From: an uncultured Bacteroidales bacterium
Lineage (GTDB): Bacteria > Bacteroidota > Bacteroidia > Bacteroidales > VadinHA17
Assembly: GCA_963739685.1 (NCBI GenBank)
Contig: CAVUAX010000002.1
Coordinates: forward strand, 71,290 to 135,289
DNA: 64,000 bases
Direction of reading: 5' to 3'
The position numbers were made by a program, and so were the translations under genes. Shown piece by piece: positions 30,393-39,968 of this stretch. The notes below the pieces were generated by a model. It was not told the DNA's origin, did no database searches, and worked only from the letters and a program-made list of their open reading frames with translations. Positions within the stretch are counted from its first letter, which is position 1, and every line of letters begins with the position of its first letter.

Positions 30393-30415
30393 ATCCCGCG
30401 AAAGTGGGATTTTTT
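30393..30415 (+). terminator. Hairpin plus T-run after tRNA-Ser
   Basis: atcccgc-gaaa-gtgggat followed by ttttt. Confidence 0.6.
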
Positions 30416-30531
30416 ATTTCCCCGAAGTGCCGGAGAAAGCTAGCTTTCGCAGGTGCTGAAGGGAAAATAAAAATACCCGAAGGGTAATTTAAGCTTTGAA
30501 GCCATCCCCTGGGAACGCGAGCATAGCGAGC

Positions 30532-30550
30532 AATCCCTCTTTCTCCGCCA
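30532..30550 (+). repeat. Exact 19-nt copy of the tRNA-Ser 3' end (aatccctctttctccgcca)
   Basis: Identical to 30362-30380 and lies 170 nt downstream of it. No matching 5' tRNA half precedes it. Confidence 0.9.
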
Positions 30551-30559
30551 AATGAAAAA

Positions 30560-30583
30560 CCCCCACACTAGTGGGGGATTTTT
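30560..30583 (+). terminator. Hairpin plus T-run after the second tRNA-3'-end copy
   Basis: cccccac-acta-gtggggg followed by atttttg. Confidence 0.55.
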
Positions 30584-30703
30584 GTTTTCAGATGGCCGGA
30601 CCAGGCTTGCCTGAGTGAGGGCAGATGAATACAAAAATACAAATGAGCGAAGCGAATGGAAGGTTTTTCATTTGAAGCTTCCCCCAATGGGATCACTGAA
30701 AGT

Positions 30704-30721
30704 AATCCCTCTTTCTCCGCA
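30704..30721 (+). repeat. Third copy of the tRNA-Ser 3' end (17 nt exact, aatccctctttctccgc, then a)
   Basis: Lies 172 nt downstream of copy 2. It is followed by the same aagcttaaat string that follows the real tRNA. Confidence 0.9.
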
Positions 30722-30732
30722 AAGCTTAAATG

Positions 30733-30755
30733 CCCCGCCAATGGCGGGGTTTTTT
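30733..30755 (+). terminator. Hairpin plus T-run after the third tRNA-3'-end copy
   Basis: ccccgcc-aat-ggcgggg followed by tttttt. Confidence 0.55.
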
Positions 30756-30871
30756 ATTTTATCGAATAGACGACGAAAGCTTGCTTTAAGGAGAATATGA
30801 GATAAAATAAAAAAGTCCCGAAGGGTCATTTAAGCTTTGAAGCCTCATGCCGGGGATCACAGGTGTTGAAG

Positions 30872-33268
30872 TTAACCCACTAAATTTTTCGGAATTGTAA
30901 AGATAAACATGGAGCCTTTGCCTGGATCAGATTCTACCCAAATCTTTCCTCCATGACGCTCTACAATACGTTTACATACAGCAAGGCCAATACCAATACC
31001 CTCATACTCTTCTCTCAGATGCAATCGTTGGAATATCTGGAAGATCCTGCTAAAGTACTGATTTTCAATTCCCATACCATTGTCCCTTACAGAAAAAATA
31101 TAATTATCATCATCAATCTTTGAGGAAATGTAGATACTGGGAGTACCAGTGTTGAATTTTATACCGTTTCCGATAAGATTCTGAAAAAGTTGGATCAACT
31201 GGGTTTCATCTGCAGTTATGACAGGCAATTCTTTAATTTCTATTTTGGCATTCTTTTCCTCTATTTTAAGTTTCAGATTTTGGATCACTTTCTCAAGTAC
31301 ATCATTTACTTTAACATTTCCAAAATCCTTCCCCTTTGTCTCTACCCTTGAATAGGCGAGCAGTCCATTCAGCATGTCATACATCCTTTTAGATCCTTCA
31401 ACTGCAAATTTTATATAATCATTGGCATCCTGATCTAATTTGCCCTGGTAACGTTTGGCTAGCAATTGTGTGAAGCTTGACACCATACGCAGAGGTTCCT
31501 GGAGGTCGTGTGATGCCACATATGCGAATTGCTGCAAGTCTTTATTTGAACGCAGCAACTCTTCATTTAGCTTATTAATCAATCGTTCCGTTCCTTCTCT
31601 CAAACCGGTTATATCAAAACTGACTCCTGTAATACTTATTGACCTGCCGTAGTTATCTTTATTTACCAGGCCTTTTAAACTAATGTATTTAGAATTATTG
31701 TTTTCAGATCTGGTCCTAAACATTACCTCAAAAGGTATATCATTTTCCAGCGATTTTTTAACTGCTGTCTGAATGTGTGAAATATCTTCCTCATTAATTA
31801 AACCTGCAAATGATTTGAATGATTTGGCAAATGAACCTGGTTTGAGTTCAAACATTTTTTCCATTCTCTCGTCCCAGATCATTTCATTAGTTCTCAAATC
31901 CCATTCCCATATACCAATATTGGCGTTTTCCAGTGCAAGGTTTAGTTTTTCCTGTACAATTCTTAGTTCCTTTTCTGCTCTTTTAAGCTCTGAAATATCG
32001 GTATTTGTCCCAAACCACTGTACTATATTACCTTTACTATCTTTAATCGGTATGTCTCTGGTAAGAAATTCACGGAATATTCCATCTTTCCCTAATAATG
32101 GAAAAACCATTTCAAAGGGTTTTCCTGTTGCAATTGATTCTTTCCATTTTTTTAATACATCAGGAAGCAGGTCAGGATCATGTACTATTTGCCAGCCCCA
32201 GCCTTCCATTTGTTCGGGATTAGTCCCTGTGTAATCATACCATTGCTGGTTATACCAGGTTACATAGCCATCATAACGGGCAATCCATGCCAATTGAGGA
32301 ATTGAATTTGCCAGTTGTTTGAATTTCTCTTCACTTTCCCTCAATTCATTTTCGGCCCTCTTTAGTTCTGTAATATTATTTACCAGGGACATTACTGATG
32401 TCATTTTCCCATTCTCATTCACAAGTACGGAATTATACCAGACGCATTCAATAATATCCCCCGACTTTGTTATGTTCCTGTTGGAAGAAATTACCGCACG
32501 CTCTGTACCTCCTGAAAGCTTCTCCACTGTTCCGGCAACTAAAGGGATGTCCATGGGATAAATTAAGTTAAGAGAATACATTTGCTTCCCAACTGCCTCT
32601 TCAGCTTTCCAACCGAATAATCGTTCAGCTTCCCTTGACCAACGTGTAACAACATAATCCATATCCCATTCCACAATTGCCAGGGGAGAATTTTCAAAAT
32701 GAAATTTTAGTCTCTGTGCGCTTTCCCTTAATGCCTCCTCTGTCTTTTTACGATCGGTGATATCAATGAACATGGCCAGGCATTTGTTTTCCTTCCCTGA
32801 TAATGTACCTTCAACATATGCAAAGACCGGGGGACTGTTTTTCTTTTCAATTTTCAACTCGCATTTTGCTTTTTCCTTGTTTTCAAAAATATTTTTCAAA
32901 AAGTCATTAAATACGAGCCTTGAATCAGGAGCAAGGAAAAGGCTGAAAAAATTATTTATCAGAACGCTTCTTTCAATGCCAAGGAGTTTTGAACCTGTGA
33001 GATTCAGTCCGGAAATCTTACCGTCCCTGGAAAAAGTAAAATAACCAATTGGAGCAAAATCATAAATTTCAGAATAAAGGTCAGCATATTTTTGAGAAGT
33101 TTCTTCTGCAATGATTTTTGCGTTTGTAAGCTCCTCGTTCTGCATTTCCAGTTCAATCTGGTATACCTCCAACTTCTGGACTAATTTTAATGAATCCAGT
33201 TCAGATAATGACGTGATTTTTTCAATACCCTGCTTTCTAATTTTTTTTTCTGCCTTCTTACGATCCAT
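30872..33268 (-). CDS. Multi-PAS sensor histidine kinase
   Basis: 798 aa. N-terminal coiled coil (QIELEMQNEEL), several PAS/PAC units, H-box ASHDLQEPLR, and HATPase G-boxes DNGMGI and GIGIGLAVCKRIV. Confidence 0.9.
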   Translation of the reverse strand: MDRKKAEKKIRKQGIEKITSLSELDSLKLVQKLEVYQIELEMQNEELTNAKIIAEETSQKYADLYSEIYDFAPIGYFTFSRDGKISGLNLTGSKLLGIERSVLINNFFSLFLAPDSRLVFNDFLKNIFENKEKAKCELKIEKKNSPPVFAYVEGTLSGKENKCLAMFIDITDRKKTEEALRESAQRLKFHFENSPLAIVEWDMDYVVTRWSREAERLFGWKAEEAVGKQMYSLNLIYPMDIPLVAGTVEKLSGGTERAVISSNRNITKSGDIIECVWYNSVLVNENGKMTSVMSLVNNITELKRAENELRESEEKFKQLANSIPQLAWIARYDGYVTWYNQQWYDYTGTNPEQMEGWGWQIVHDPDLLPDVLKKWKESIATGKPFEMVFPLLGKDGIFREFLTRDIPIKDSKGNIVQWFGTNTDISELKRAEKELRIVQEKLNLALENANIGIWEWDLRTNEMIWDERMEKMFELKPGSFAKSFKSFAGLINEEDISHIQTAVKKSLENDIPFEVMFRTRSENNNSKYISLKGLVNKDNYGRSISITGVSFDITGLREGTERLINKLNEELLRSNKDLQQFAYVASHDLQEPLRMVSSFTQLLAKRYQGKLDQDANDYIKFAVEGSKRMYDMLNGLLAYSRVETKGKDFGNVKVNDVLEKVIQNLKLKIEEKNAKIEIKELPVITADETQLIQLFQNLIGNGIKFNTGTPSIYISSKIDDDNYIFSVRDNGMGIENQYFSRIFQIFQRLHLREEYEGIGIGLAVCKRIVERHGGKIWVESDPGKGSMFIFTIPKNLVG

Positions 33269-33332
33269 GGTTTTGGATTATGTGTTCCAGGAACAAGAAT
33301 TGTTTGATATATTTGAGAAATTAAGGGACCAT

Positions 33333-33995
33333 TTATCTAGCAACAGCTTTACCATAAACTTCGATCCAGTCGAGCCTTGAGCAGGCATCACTCCCTCCAC
33401 CTGTCATAAGGTCAGTAAATCCGATTTCATCCACTTTGGAAAGATCAGGCTTTATGACTGGTTTTGTTTCAATCACCGTTTTGATATTAAGAATATACCA
33501 CTCTATGTCCATAATATTGAACTCCGTAAGTCTCCAGTCTCCTGACCTGCTATCACCCTGTGTACTTACAAGCCATGTGCCATCTGCAAGTTTCAGAACG
33601 ATGTGAAGACTTCTCATGCCACTTTGCTTTGATCTCCATAAGATTTTTGCATAACCTGTCAAATCAACATAAGAGCTCCTGTGCTTAAGGGTTACAGCCC
33701 AGTTCCCCAGGCACAGCCCCGACCATATATAAAACGGATCATCCACCGGTTTTTCATGATTACTTTTCTTAATACTATCCCTCCCCGGCCCATATAACCC
33801 CAGTATGAGGTTTTTATTTAGCACGTGTTCCATGGTAACAGGTGTTGCAGCCGGTGTCTCTTTCCAGTCCTCTCTGAAAAACAAAGATGGCCTGTATTGA
33901 GCACTGCAATATGTAAAAGAAATTAAAAAAAGAAAGGATATAATGCCAATTTGAAGCAACTTTATACGGCTTGATTTTACGTTACAGGAAATCAT
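33333..33995 (-). CDS. Hypothetical secreted protein
   Basis: The ORF runs to 34058. The start is more plausibly the ATG at 33995, which gives the signal peptide KLLQIGIISFLFLISFTYCSAQ. No recognisable domain. Confidence 0.45.
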   Translation of the reverse strand: MISCNVKSSRIKLLQIGIISFLFLISFTYCSAQYRPSLFFREDWKETPAATPVTMEHVLNKNLILGLYGPGRDSIKKSNHEKPVDDPFYIWSGLCLGNWAVTLKHRSSYVDLTGYAKILWRSKQSGMRSLHIVLKLADGTWLVSTQGDSRSGDWRLTEFNIMDIEWYILNIKTVIETKPVIKPDLSKVDEIGFTDLMTGGGSDACSRLDWIEVYGKAVAR

Positions 33996-34404
33996 GTTCT
34001 GGAATTTAATGGTTAATAAAGCTAAAATTAGATATTTCTTTTGAATATAAATGAACATTAATTAATTGTTTGTGCTACTAATATAAACTATAGAATACTT
34101 TATTCAGATTTTCTCCCGGTAAATTCCAATCTTCTCTTGAAGGAATATTATTCAAACAGGGTTATAAGAGATACCCGCCCTGATATAGATGTGCAAATAT
34201 ATCAATTTGGTAATAATAAAAAACTTGTCGAGATTTGTTATTTAAGCTTTTCATTCTGTTATTGCAGGATCTAAATAACCTACATTTAATAAACTGCATA
34301 GCTTTGGTTTGCATAACTTTACATGATTTTACACATTTTGATTCAAACATTTATTTAACATAATTTTCACGCGTACAAAACGCTGGAGCTAAAAATGTAA
34401 CCTG

Positions 34405-36636
34405 ATGAATTTTAAAAAGAATATTGAACGAATCCCGGGAGGGATGATGGTGCTTCCATTAATATTCGGAGCTATTTTAAACACATTTTCACCCCAGTTA
34501 CTGCAGATCGGAGGATTTACAACTGCTATTGTAAAAGGTTCCTCAGCATTAATAGGAGTTTTCCTGGTTTGTATGGGTGCCGGTATAGGTTTTAAAACCG
34601 CTCCAAAAGCATTAAAAAAGGGGGCAGTAATTACATTTACAAAGTTCATAGTTGGTGTTTCAATTGGTCTGTTGATTGCTAAACTCTTTGGAGACAAGGG
34701 ATTACTGGGTATTTCTTCACTCGCCGTTATCGCAGCTATGACCAACAGTAATGGAGGTTTGTTTGCTGCACTGGTCGGGGAATTCGGAGATGAAACTGAC
34801 GTGGGATCCCTGGCCGTATTATCAATTAACGATGGCCCTTTTCTCACAATGATTGCATTAGGAACGGCTGGAATAGCAACAATCCCGCTAAACAGTTTTA
34901 TCGGGGTGCTTATACCTGTTGCTGCGGGAATGATTATGGGAAATCTGGATGGATCAATGAAGAAATTCCTGATGTCAGGGGGACCTGTATTAATACCTTT
35001 CTTTGCATTTTCCCTGGGTGCAGGAATAAATTTTAAAATGCTGCTATTAGCAGGGTTATCCGGTTTATTGCTGGGTGCCATTACTACATTTTTAGGTGGG
35101 TTCTTTAATATATTGGCTGATAGAATGACAGGTGGAAGCGGGATTGCCGGTGCTGCAGCTTCCAGTACTGCCGGTAATGCTGTCGCTACTCCGGCTGCAG
35201 TTGCCCTGGCAGATCCGGGGTTTTCTGCATTATCTGCAATAGCCACCCCACAGATTGCTGCTTCAACAATAACAACAGCTCTTTTAACTCCTGTCCTTAC
35301 AGCATATGTCGCAAGGCTAAAGAGAAAAAAAGAAATGATTAAAAACAGATCTGTTGATGAGTTAGTCAAGGAAAAACTGGTAATAATTGCAGATGATTTT
35401 ACAGGTGCCAATGACACCGGTGTTCAGTTCAGCAAAAGACATTTTAGATGTGTTGTTATCACAAATAAAGATTATATCAATTCGTCATTAAAAAATTGCG
35501 ACGTCCTCGTTGTTGACAGCGAAAGCAGGTCTGATGACAAGGAAACTGCTTATAAGAAAACATATGAAATAGGTAAAATGATTCGGGCCGAAAACGTAAA
35601 ATATGTTTATAAAAAACTGGATTCAACATTTCGCGGAAACATAGGTGCTGAAATCTCCGGAATTATGGATTCTTTAGAGATACAATATGCTCTGATAGTC
35701 CCGGCATTCCCGTCATACGGCAGAATAACAAAAAATGGGAAAATTTATGTAAAAGGTGTTTTACTGGCTGATACAGAAACTGCAAATGATCCGAAAACGC
35801 CAGTTAAGGAATCCTATATCCCGGAAATTATTTCACATCAAACTGACAAAAAGATAGCAATAATAAATTTTGATGAGGTTTCGTCAGGCAGAAAATACTT
35901 AATTCAAAAATTGCAGCAACATATGCATAATGGCATTCAGATGATCGTAATCGATGTTCAGGACGATGAAGATCTCGATCTGATTGCATCTGTTATCCCG
36001 GAAATAAAAGAAAGAATTCTGTTTGCAGGCTCTACCGGTCTTGCAGAATATCTACCAAAATACCTCGGTTTAAAAAAAGCAAAAAAGACCAATGTAGTTA
36101 TTGCCGGTAGTGTAAGTGAAATAACCAGGGAACAGATTAATTACGCGATGGAAAGATTACCAGTAACAATGATTGATCTTGATATAGAAAAATTGCTTGC
36201 CGGTAAACAAAATCAGGAAAAGAAAAGGATAACAGATATTATTGGAAAATCATCCGCTGAAGGTAAAGACATTATTATACGAAGTGCACAGTCGAAAGAT
36301 ACAATTTTGAAGAGTTTTGAACTTGGTTCAAAGAATGGGATGAACAGGTTTGCTGTGAGTGAAACCATAGCAATGTTTCTTGGAGAAATTACCGGTTATG
36401 TTATTAAGGAGATCAAAATCAACGGGTTGCTCATTACTGGCGGAGATACGGCAATTAAAGCTGCAAAAGTCCTGAATATAACCGGCACAATTATTCAGGA
36501 AGAAATTCTGCCGGGAATTCCCTGTGGTCATTTTGATGAAGAGCAATACAAAAATATCATTATTGTTACAAAGGCAGGAAGTTTTGGAGGCGAAGATGCG
36601 ATATTCAGTGTTTTGAATTTTTTAAATAACGGTTAA
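34405..36636 (+). CDS. In-frame fusion of a KdgT-type 2-keto-3-deoxygluconate/acid-sugar permease (aa 1-~310) with a DUF1537 four-carbon acid-sugar kinase (aa ~325-743)
   Basis: The N-terminus [28 protein letters not shown] plus ~10 TM segments is KdgT-like. The C-terminal part begins with the DUF1537 hallmark [17 protein letters not shown] and ends in a nucleotide-binding half (LLITGGDTA...TKAGSFG). Confidence 0.8.
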   Translation: MNFKKNIERIPGGMMVLPLIFGAILNTFSPQLLQIGGFTTAIVKGSSALIGVFLVCMGAGIGFKTAPKALKKGAVITFTKFIVGVSIGLLIAKLFGDKGLLGISSLAVIAAMTNSNGGLFAALVGEFGDETDVGSLAVLSINDGPFLTMIALGTAGIATIPLNSFIGVLIPVAAGMIMGNLDGSMKKFLMSGGPVLIPFFAFSLGAGINFKMLLLAGLSGLLLGAITTFLGGFFNILADRMTGGSGIAGAAASSTAGNAVATPAAVALADPGFSALSAIATPQIAASTITTALLTPVLTAYVARLKRKKEMIKNRSVDELVKEKLVIIADDFTGANDTGVQFSKRHFRCVVITNKDYINSSLKNCDVLVVDSESRSDDKETAYKKTYEIGKMIRAENVKYVYKKLDSTFRGNIGAEISGIMDSLEIQYALIVPAFPSYGRITKNGKIYVKGVLLADTETANDPKTPVKESYIPEIISHQTDKKIAIINFDEVSSGRKYLIQKLQQHMHNGIQMIVIDVQDDEDLDLIASVIPEIKERILFAGSTGLAEYLPKYLGLKKAKKTNVVIAGSVSEITREQINYAMERLPVTMIDLDIEKLLAGKQNQEKKRITDIIGKSSAEGKDIIIRSAQSKDTILKSFELGSKNGMNRFAVSETIAMFLGEITGYVIKEIKINGLLITGGDTAIKAAKVLNITGTIIQEEILPGIPCGHFDEEQYKNIIIVTKAGSFGGEDAIFSVLNFLNNG
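35325..35331 (+). other. A7 homopolymer at the permease/kinase junction, with the kinase-type ATG at 35335
   Basis: Read directly. With A6 the permease frame ends at a TGA overlapping ATG 35335 (ATGA). With A8 it ends at a TAA at 35340-35342. Confidence 0.9.
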
Positions 36637-36639
36637 AAT

Positions 36640-37635
36640 ATGATCAGTAAAAACAAAATAACCATTGGAATTACGATGGGTGACCCTTCGGGCATAGGAC
36701 CGGAAATTATTTTAAAGAGTTTTGAAAACCCTGAAATCAGCAGTTACAGATTAATCGTAATTGGTGATTACAGTGTTATGAAGGAAGCTCACTATACCTT
36801 AAAAATCAAATCATTTAAATTAAACAGCGTTATTAATGCTGATGAATGTTTATTTAAAAATAATATATTAAACATTTTAGATCTTCATTTAATTAATATG
36901 AATGAACTTCATCCGGGGAAAGTGCAGGCAATTTCAGGAAATGCTGCTTTTGAGTGCATTAAAAAAGCTGTTGAGATGGCAAAAAACAAAGAAATAGATG
37001 CCATTACAACAGCACCCTTAAACAAAGAAGCCCTTCATTTAGCCGGACATAGATATCCGGGGCACACAGAAATTCTGGCTATTCTTACTGAAACCATGGA
37101 TTATGCAATGCTTCTATACGATAAAAAACTAAGTGTGATCCATGTTTCTACACACGTTTCATTGCTGGAAGCGATTACCAGGTTGAAAAGAGAAAGAATT
37201 GAAAAAGTGATCAGATTGGCAGATTATACAATGAAAAGACTAATCAGGGGAAAGCCAAGAATAGCTGTTGCAGGTATTAATCCTCATGCAGGAGAAAATG
37301 GTTTGTTCGGCAATGAAGAAATCAGGGAAATCATCCCTGCTGTCAAAAATATGAAAAGAGAAGGGATAAATGTTGCCGGACCTTTTCCTCCGGATACGAT
37401 TTTTTTACAGACAGTTCAGGGAAAATATGATATTGTGGTCGCCATGTATCATGATCAGGGACACATACCTTTAAAACTTATCGGATTCCACAGTGGTGTA
37501 AATGTTTCTGTAGGACTTCCTTTTATAAGAACTTCTGTAGACCATGGTACAGCATTTGAAATAGCATGGCAAGGTAAATCCAATGAAACAAGTATGGTGG
37601 AAGCAATCAAACTTGCATTCAAACTTGCCCTTTAA
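36640..37635 (+). CDS. PdxA-family NAD-dependent dehydrogenase; the context suggests PdxA2-type (D-threonate-4-phosphate / 4-hydroxythreonine-4-phosphate dehydrogenase)
   Basis: 331 aa. Motifs GDPSGIGPEI, GHTEIL, NPHAGENG, YHDQGH, SVDHGTAF. Starts 4 nt after the DUF1537 kinase stop. Confidence 0.88.
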   Translation: MISKNKITIGITMGDPSGIGPEIILKSFENPEISSYRLIVIGDYSVMKEAHYTLKIKSFKLNSVINADECLFKNNILNILDLHLINMNELHPGKVQAISGNAAFECIKKAVEMAKNKEIDAITTAPLNKEALHLAGHRYPGHTEILAILTETMDYAMLLYDKKLSVIHVSTHVSLLEAITRLKRERIEKVIRLADYTMKRLIRGKPRIAVAGINPHAGENGLFGNEEIREIIPAVKNMKREGINVAGPFPPDTIFLQTVQGKYDIVVAMYHDQGHIPLKLIGFHSGVNVSVGLPFIRTSVDHGTAFEIAWQGKSNETSMVEAIKLAFKLAL

Positions 37636-37699
37636 ACCTATTAGCGTCAGGAATCTGATTACCTTTTCATCTGAAATGGGACATAACCCTATTTCATTA

Positions 37700-38725
37700 T
37701 TATTCGGGGTATCTCCCGGTTAATTGTCTTTCAACCATCCATCCCGGATACTCAGGAACAAGAGCGCTGATGTTTTCCAGCTCCAGTAACTCTTCTTTAC
37801 TAAGTTTTAATTGTGTACTTGCAATGTTATCCAGCAACTGATCCAGCGTTTTAGCTCCTATTATTATACTGGTAACCCCCGGTTTGGTTAACAGCCATGC
37901 CAGGGCCACTCGTGCGGCAGTTACCTGGTGCTTTTTTCCTGTTTTGATCATAACATCAATAATATCGTAAGCTTTATCTTTGTCTATGGGAGGAAAATCG
38001 AAAGTATCCCGGCGGGATTCTCCTGCTATCTCATTCTGCCGTGTAAATTTCCCCGACATGAATCCTCCCGCTAACGGGCTCCATGGCATTATTCCTATTC
38101 CCTCACTTATTGACATCGGTACAATTTCACGTTCAATATCACGACTGGCAATACTGTAGTAATTTTGTGATGCAACAAATTTAGTCCATCCCATTTTTTC
38201 TGCTATACTATTTGCTTTCACCACCATCCAGGCAGGATGGTTGCTAATGCCAATATAGCGCACTTTTCCGGCCCTTACGACATCCTCAAGTCCCCTCATG
38301 GTTTCTTCCAGTGGCGTAATCGGATCAACTCCGTGAATGTAAAGGAGGTCTATATGCGAGATGCCAAGGCGCTCCAGGCTATCATTTACTGAATCCATAA
38401 TATGAAGCCTGGAAAGACCCACCTGGTTTGCTCCAAGACCCACGCGCAGCCGCAGTTTTGTAGCAATTACTACTGTCTGATGCGAGATACCAAGTTTCTG
38501 TAATGCAGTTCCTAAAAGCATTTCTGATAATCCTTCAGAATAAGCATTTGCGGTATCAATAAAATTAATACCATGATCGAGCGCACTCTTTACTATAAGC
38601 GTAACTTCATCCTGGGCCAATTGACCAATAGCTTTCCAATATCCTTTACCGCCAAATGTCATAGCTCCAAGGCAGAGTTCTGAAATTAAGACTCCTGTTT
38701 TTCCCAACTCATTATACTTCATCAA
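37700..38725 (-). CDS. Aldo/keto reductase
   Basis: 341 aa. Motifs LGKTGVLISELCLGAMTFGG, FIDTANAYS, IDLLYIHGVD, RYIGISN. Confidence 0.9.
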   Translation of the reverse strand: MMKYNELGKTGVLISELCLGAMTFGGKGYWKAIGQLAQDEVTLIVKSALDHGINFIDTANAYSEGLSEMLLGTALQKLGISHQTVVIATKLRLRVGLGANQVGLSRLHIMDSVNDSLERLGISHIDLLYIHGVDPITPLEETMRGLEDVVRAGKVRYIGISNHPAWMVVKANSIAEKMGWTKFVASQNYYSIASRDIEREIVPMSISEGIGIMPWSPLAGGFMSGKFTRQNEIAGESRRDTFDFPPIDKDKAYDIIDVMIKTGKKHQVTAARVALAWLLTKPGVTSIIIGAKTLDQLLDNIASTQLKLSKEELLELENISALVPEYPGWMVERQLTGRYPE

Positions 38726-39098
38726 AATAGAATTTTTTAATTATTAATATGAATTATAATTAGTGCCATAATAGTTTTATTTTAATGAAACAACATGTTT
38801 CATGCTTTGTTCATTTCATCTGGGCGGATCAATTTTTAACAATATTGCCAGATTTGAGCAACCAGTATTGAGCCGGCTCCAAATACAGAAAAAAATATTT
38901 GTGCTAAGACACCAAAGTACAAAGGTTCACAATGAGCTTATCAGTAATGACTTATAATTACTGCAACTTTACGACTTCGTGCCTGTTTGGTAAAAAAAGA
39001 CTCTTCGGAGCGGAACCATGGGCAGCATTATGTTATATATTTATAGGTACCTGATCTTTAAGTAAGAGAGGACCGGATATAGTAATAAATAGCTGAAT

Positions 39099-39932
39099 TT
39101 ATTCCTGGCCAATCTTAAATGAAGTCATCATAAGAGATCCGGCAACAGGCTTGTCGTTAAACAGACCTGTATTTTCATTTTCTTCTTTTAAAGCCAGGGC
39201 ATAAAGCACAGGAAGATAGTGTTCGGGAGTTGGTATTGCCATGTTAAATGCCCTGCCCTGTGCTCTGTAATTTATCAATTGCCGGTAATCACCATTCAAA
39301 ATATATTTTTTCATCATGCCGGCAGCTTCAATTGCCCAGTCATATCCATATCCTGGTACATTTAACTTGTCCCATGCCACCATTCCAAGGTTATGAACCA
39401 TATTGCCGCTTCCGATAATAATAACGCCCTTCCGGCGAAGAGGGGACAGCTCTTTTGCCATATCAAAATGAAATTGGGAAGGCTGGTTATAATCCAGGCT
39501 CATCTGAAATACCGGAACATCTGCACCGGGGTAAAGGTTTTTTACTACGCTCCAGCAACCATGGTCAAGTCCCCATTTATAATCCATTCCGACTTCCGTT
39601 TTCTTAATTATCCTTTTAGTTTCAGCCGCAAATTCAGGACACCCCGGAGCCGGATATTGCACGGCAAACAATTCCTGCGGAAATCCGCCAAAGTCATGAA
39701 TTGTTTTTGGTTTTTCCATTGCAGTAACATAAGTTCCCTTTGTCTCCCAATGTGCCGATATGCATAAGATTGCATTTGGCCGGGGTAATTGTTTTCCGAC
39801 ATCTCTCCATCCCTGCACAAATTCGTTTTCTTCAATAGCATTCATAGGGCTGCCATGACCAATAAACAGAACGGGCATTTTTTCTGTATTGTCAAATGAT
39901 TCTGTGGCTTTATTTAGTTCACTAAGTCCCAT
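39099..39932 (-). CDS. ygiD: 4,5-DOPA dioxygenase extradiol-like (LigB-type class III extradiol dioxygenase, YgiD family)
   Basis: 277 aa. Motifs PVLFIGHGSPMNA, ISAHWET, DHGCWSV, GSGNMVHNL. Confidence 0.85.
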   Translation of the reverse strand: MGLSELNKATESFDNTEKMPVLFIGHGSPMNAIEENEFVQGWRDVGKQLPRPNAILCISAHWETKGTYVTAMEKPKTIHDFGGFPQELFAVQYPAPGCPEFAAETKRIIKKTEVGMDYKWGLDHGCWSVVKNLYPGADVPVFQMSLDYNQPSQFHFDMAKELSPLRRKGVIIIGSGNMVHNLGMVAWDKLNVPGYGYDWAIEAAGMMKKYILNGDYRQLINYRAQGRAFNMAIPTPEHYLPVLYALALKEENENTGLFNDKPVAGSLMMTSFKIGQE

Positions 39933-39968
39933 TAGGTTGCTGATAATGCAAAATTGCAGGTTTAATGC

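Noticed and set aside
30249-30800. Three 61-64-aa ORFs (30249-30443 +, 30440-30634 -, 30615-30800 +)
   Set aside because: They overlap the tRNA-Ser gene and the tRNA-3'-end/terminator repeat units. They are by-products of repeated non-coding sequence.
34389-35417. 342-aa ORF on the minus strand, antisense to the permease domain
   Set aside because: Its sequence is low-complexity (runs of A, P, I, N) and mirrors the Gly/Ala/Ile-rich permease codons. The plus-strand frame has a clear KdgT-like sequence, so this is a shadow ORF.
38780-38800. Hairpin atgaaac-aacat-gtttcat upstream of the aldo/keto reductase, considered as an operator
   Set aside because: It is a single short AT-rich palindrome in an AT-rich region with no regulator gene adjacent, so it cannot be told apart from chance.
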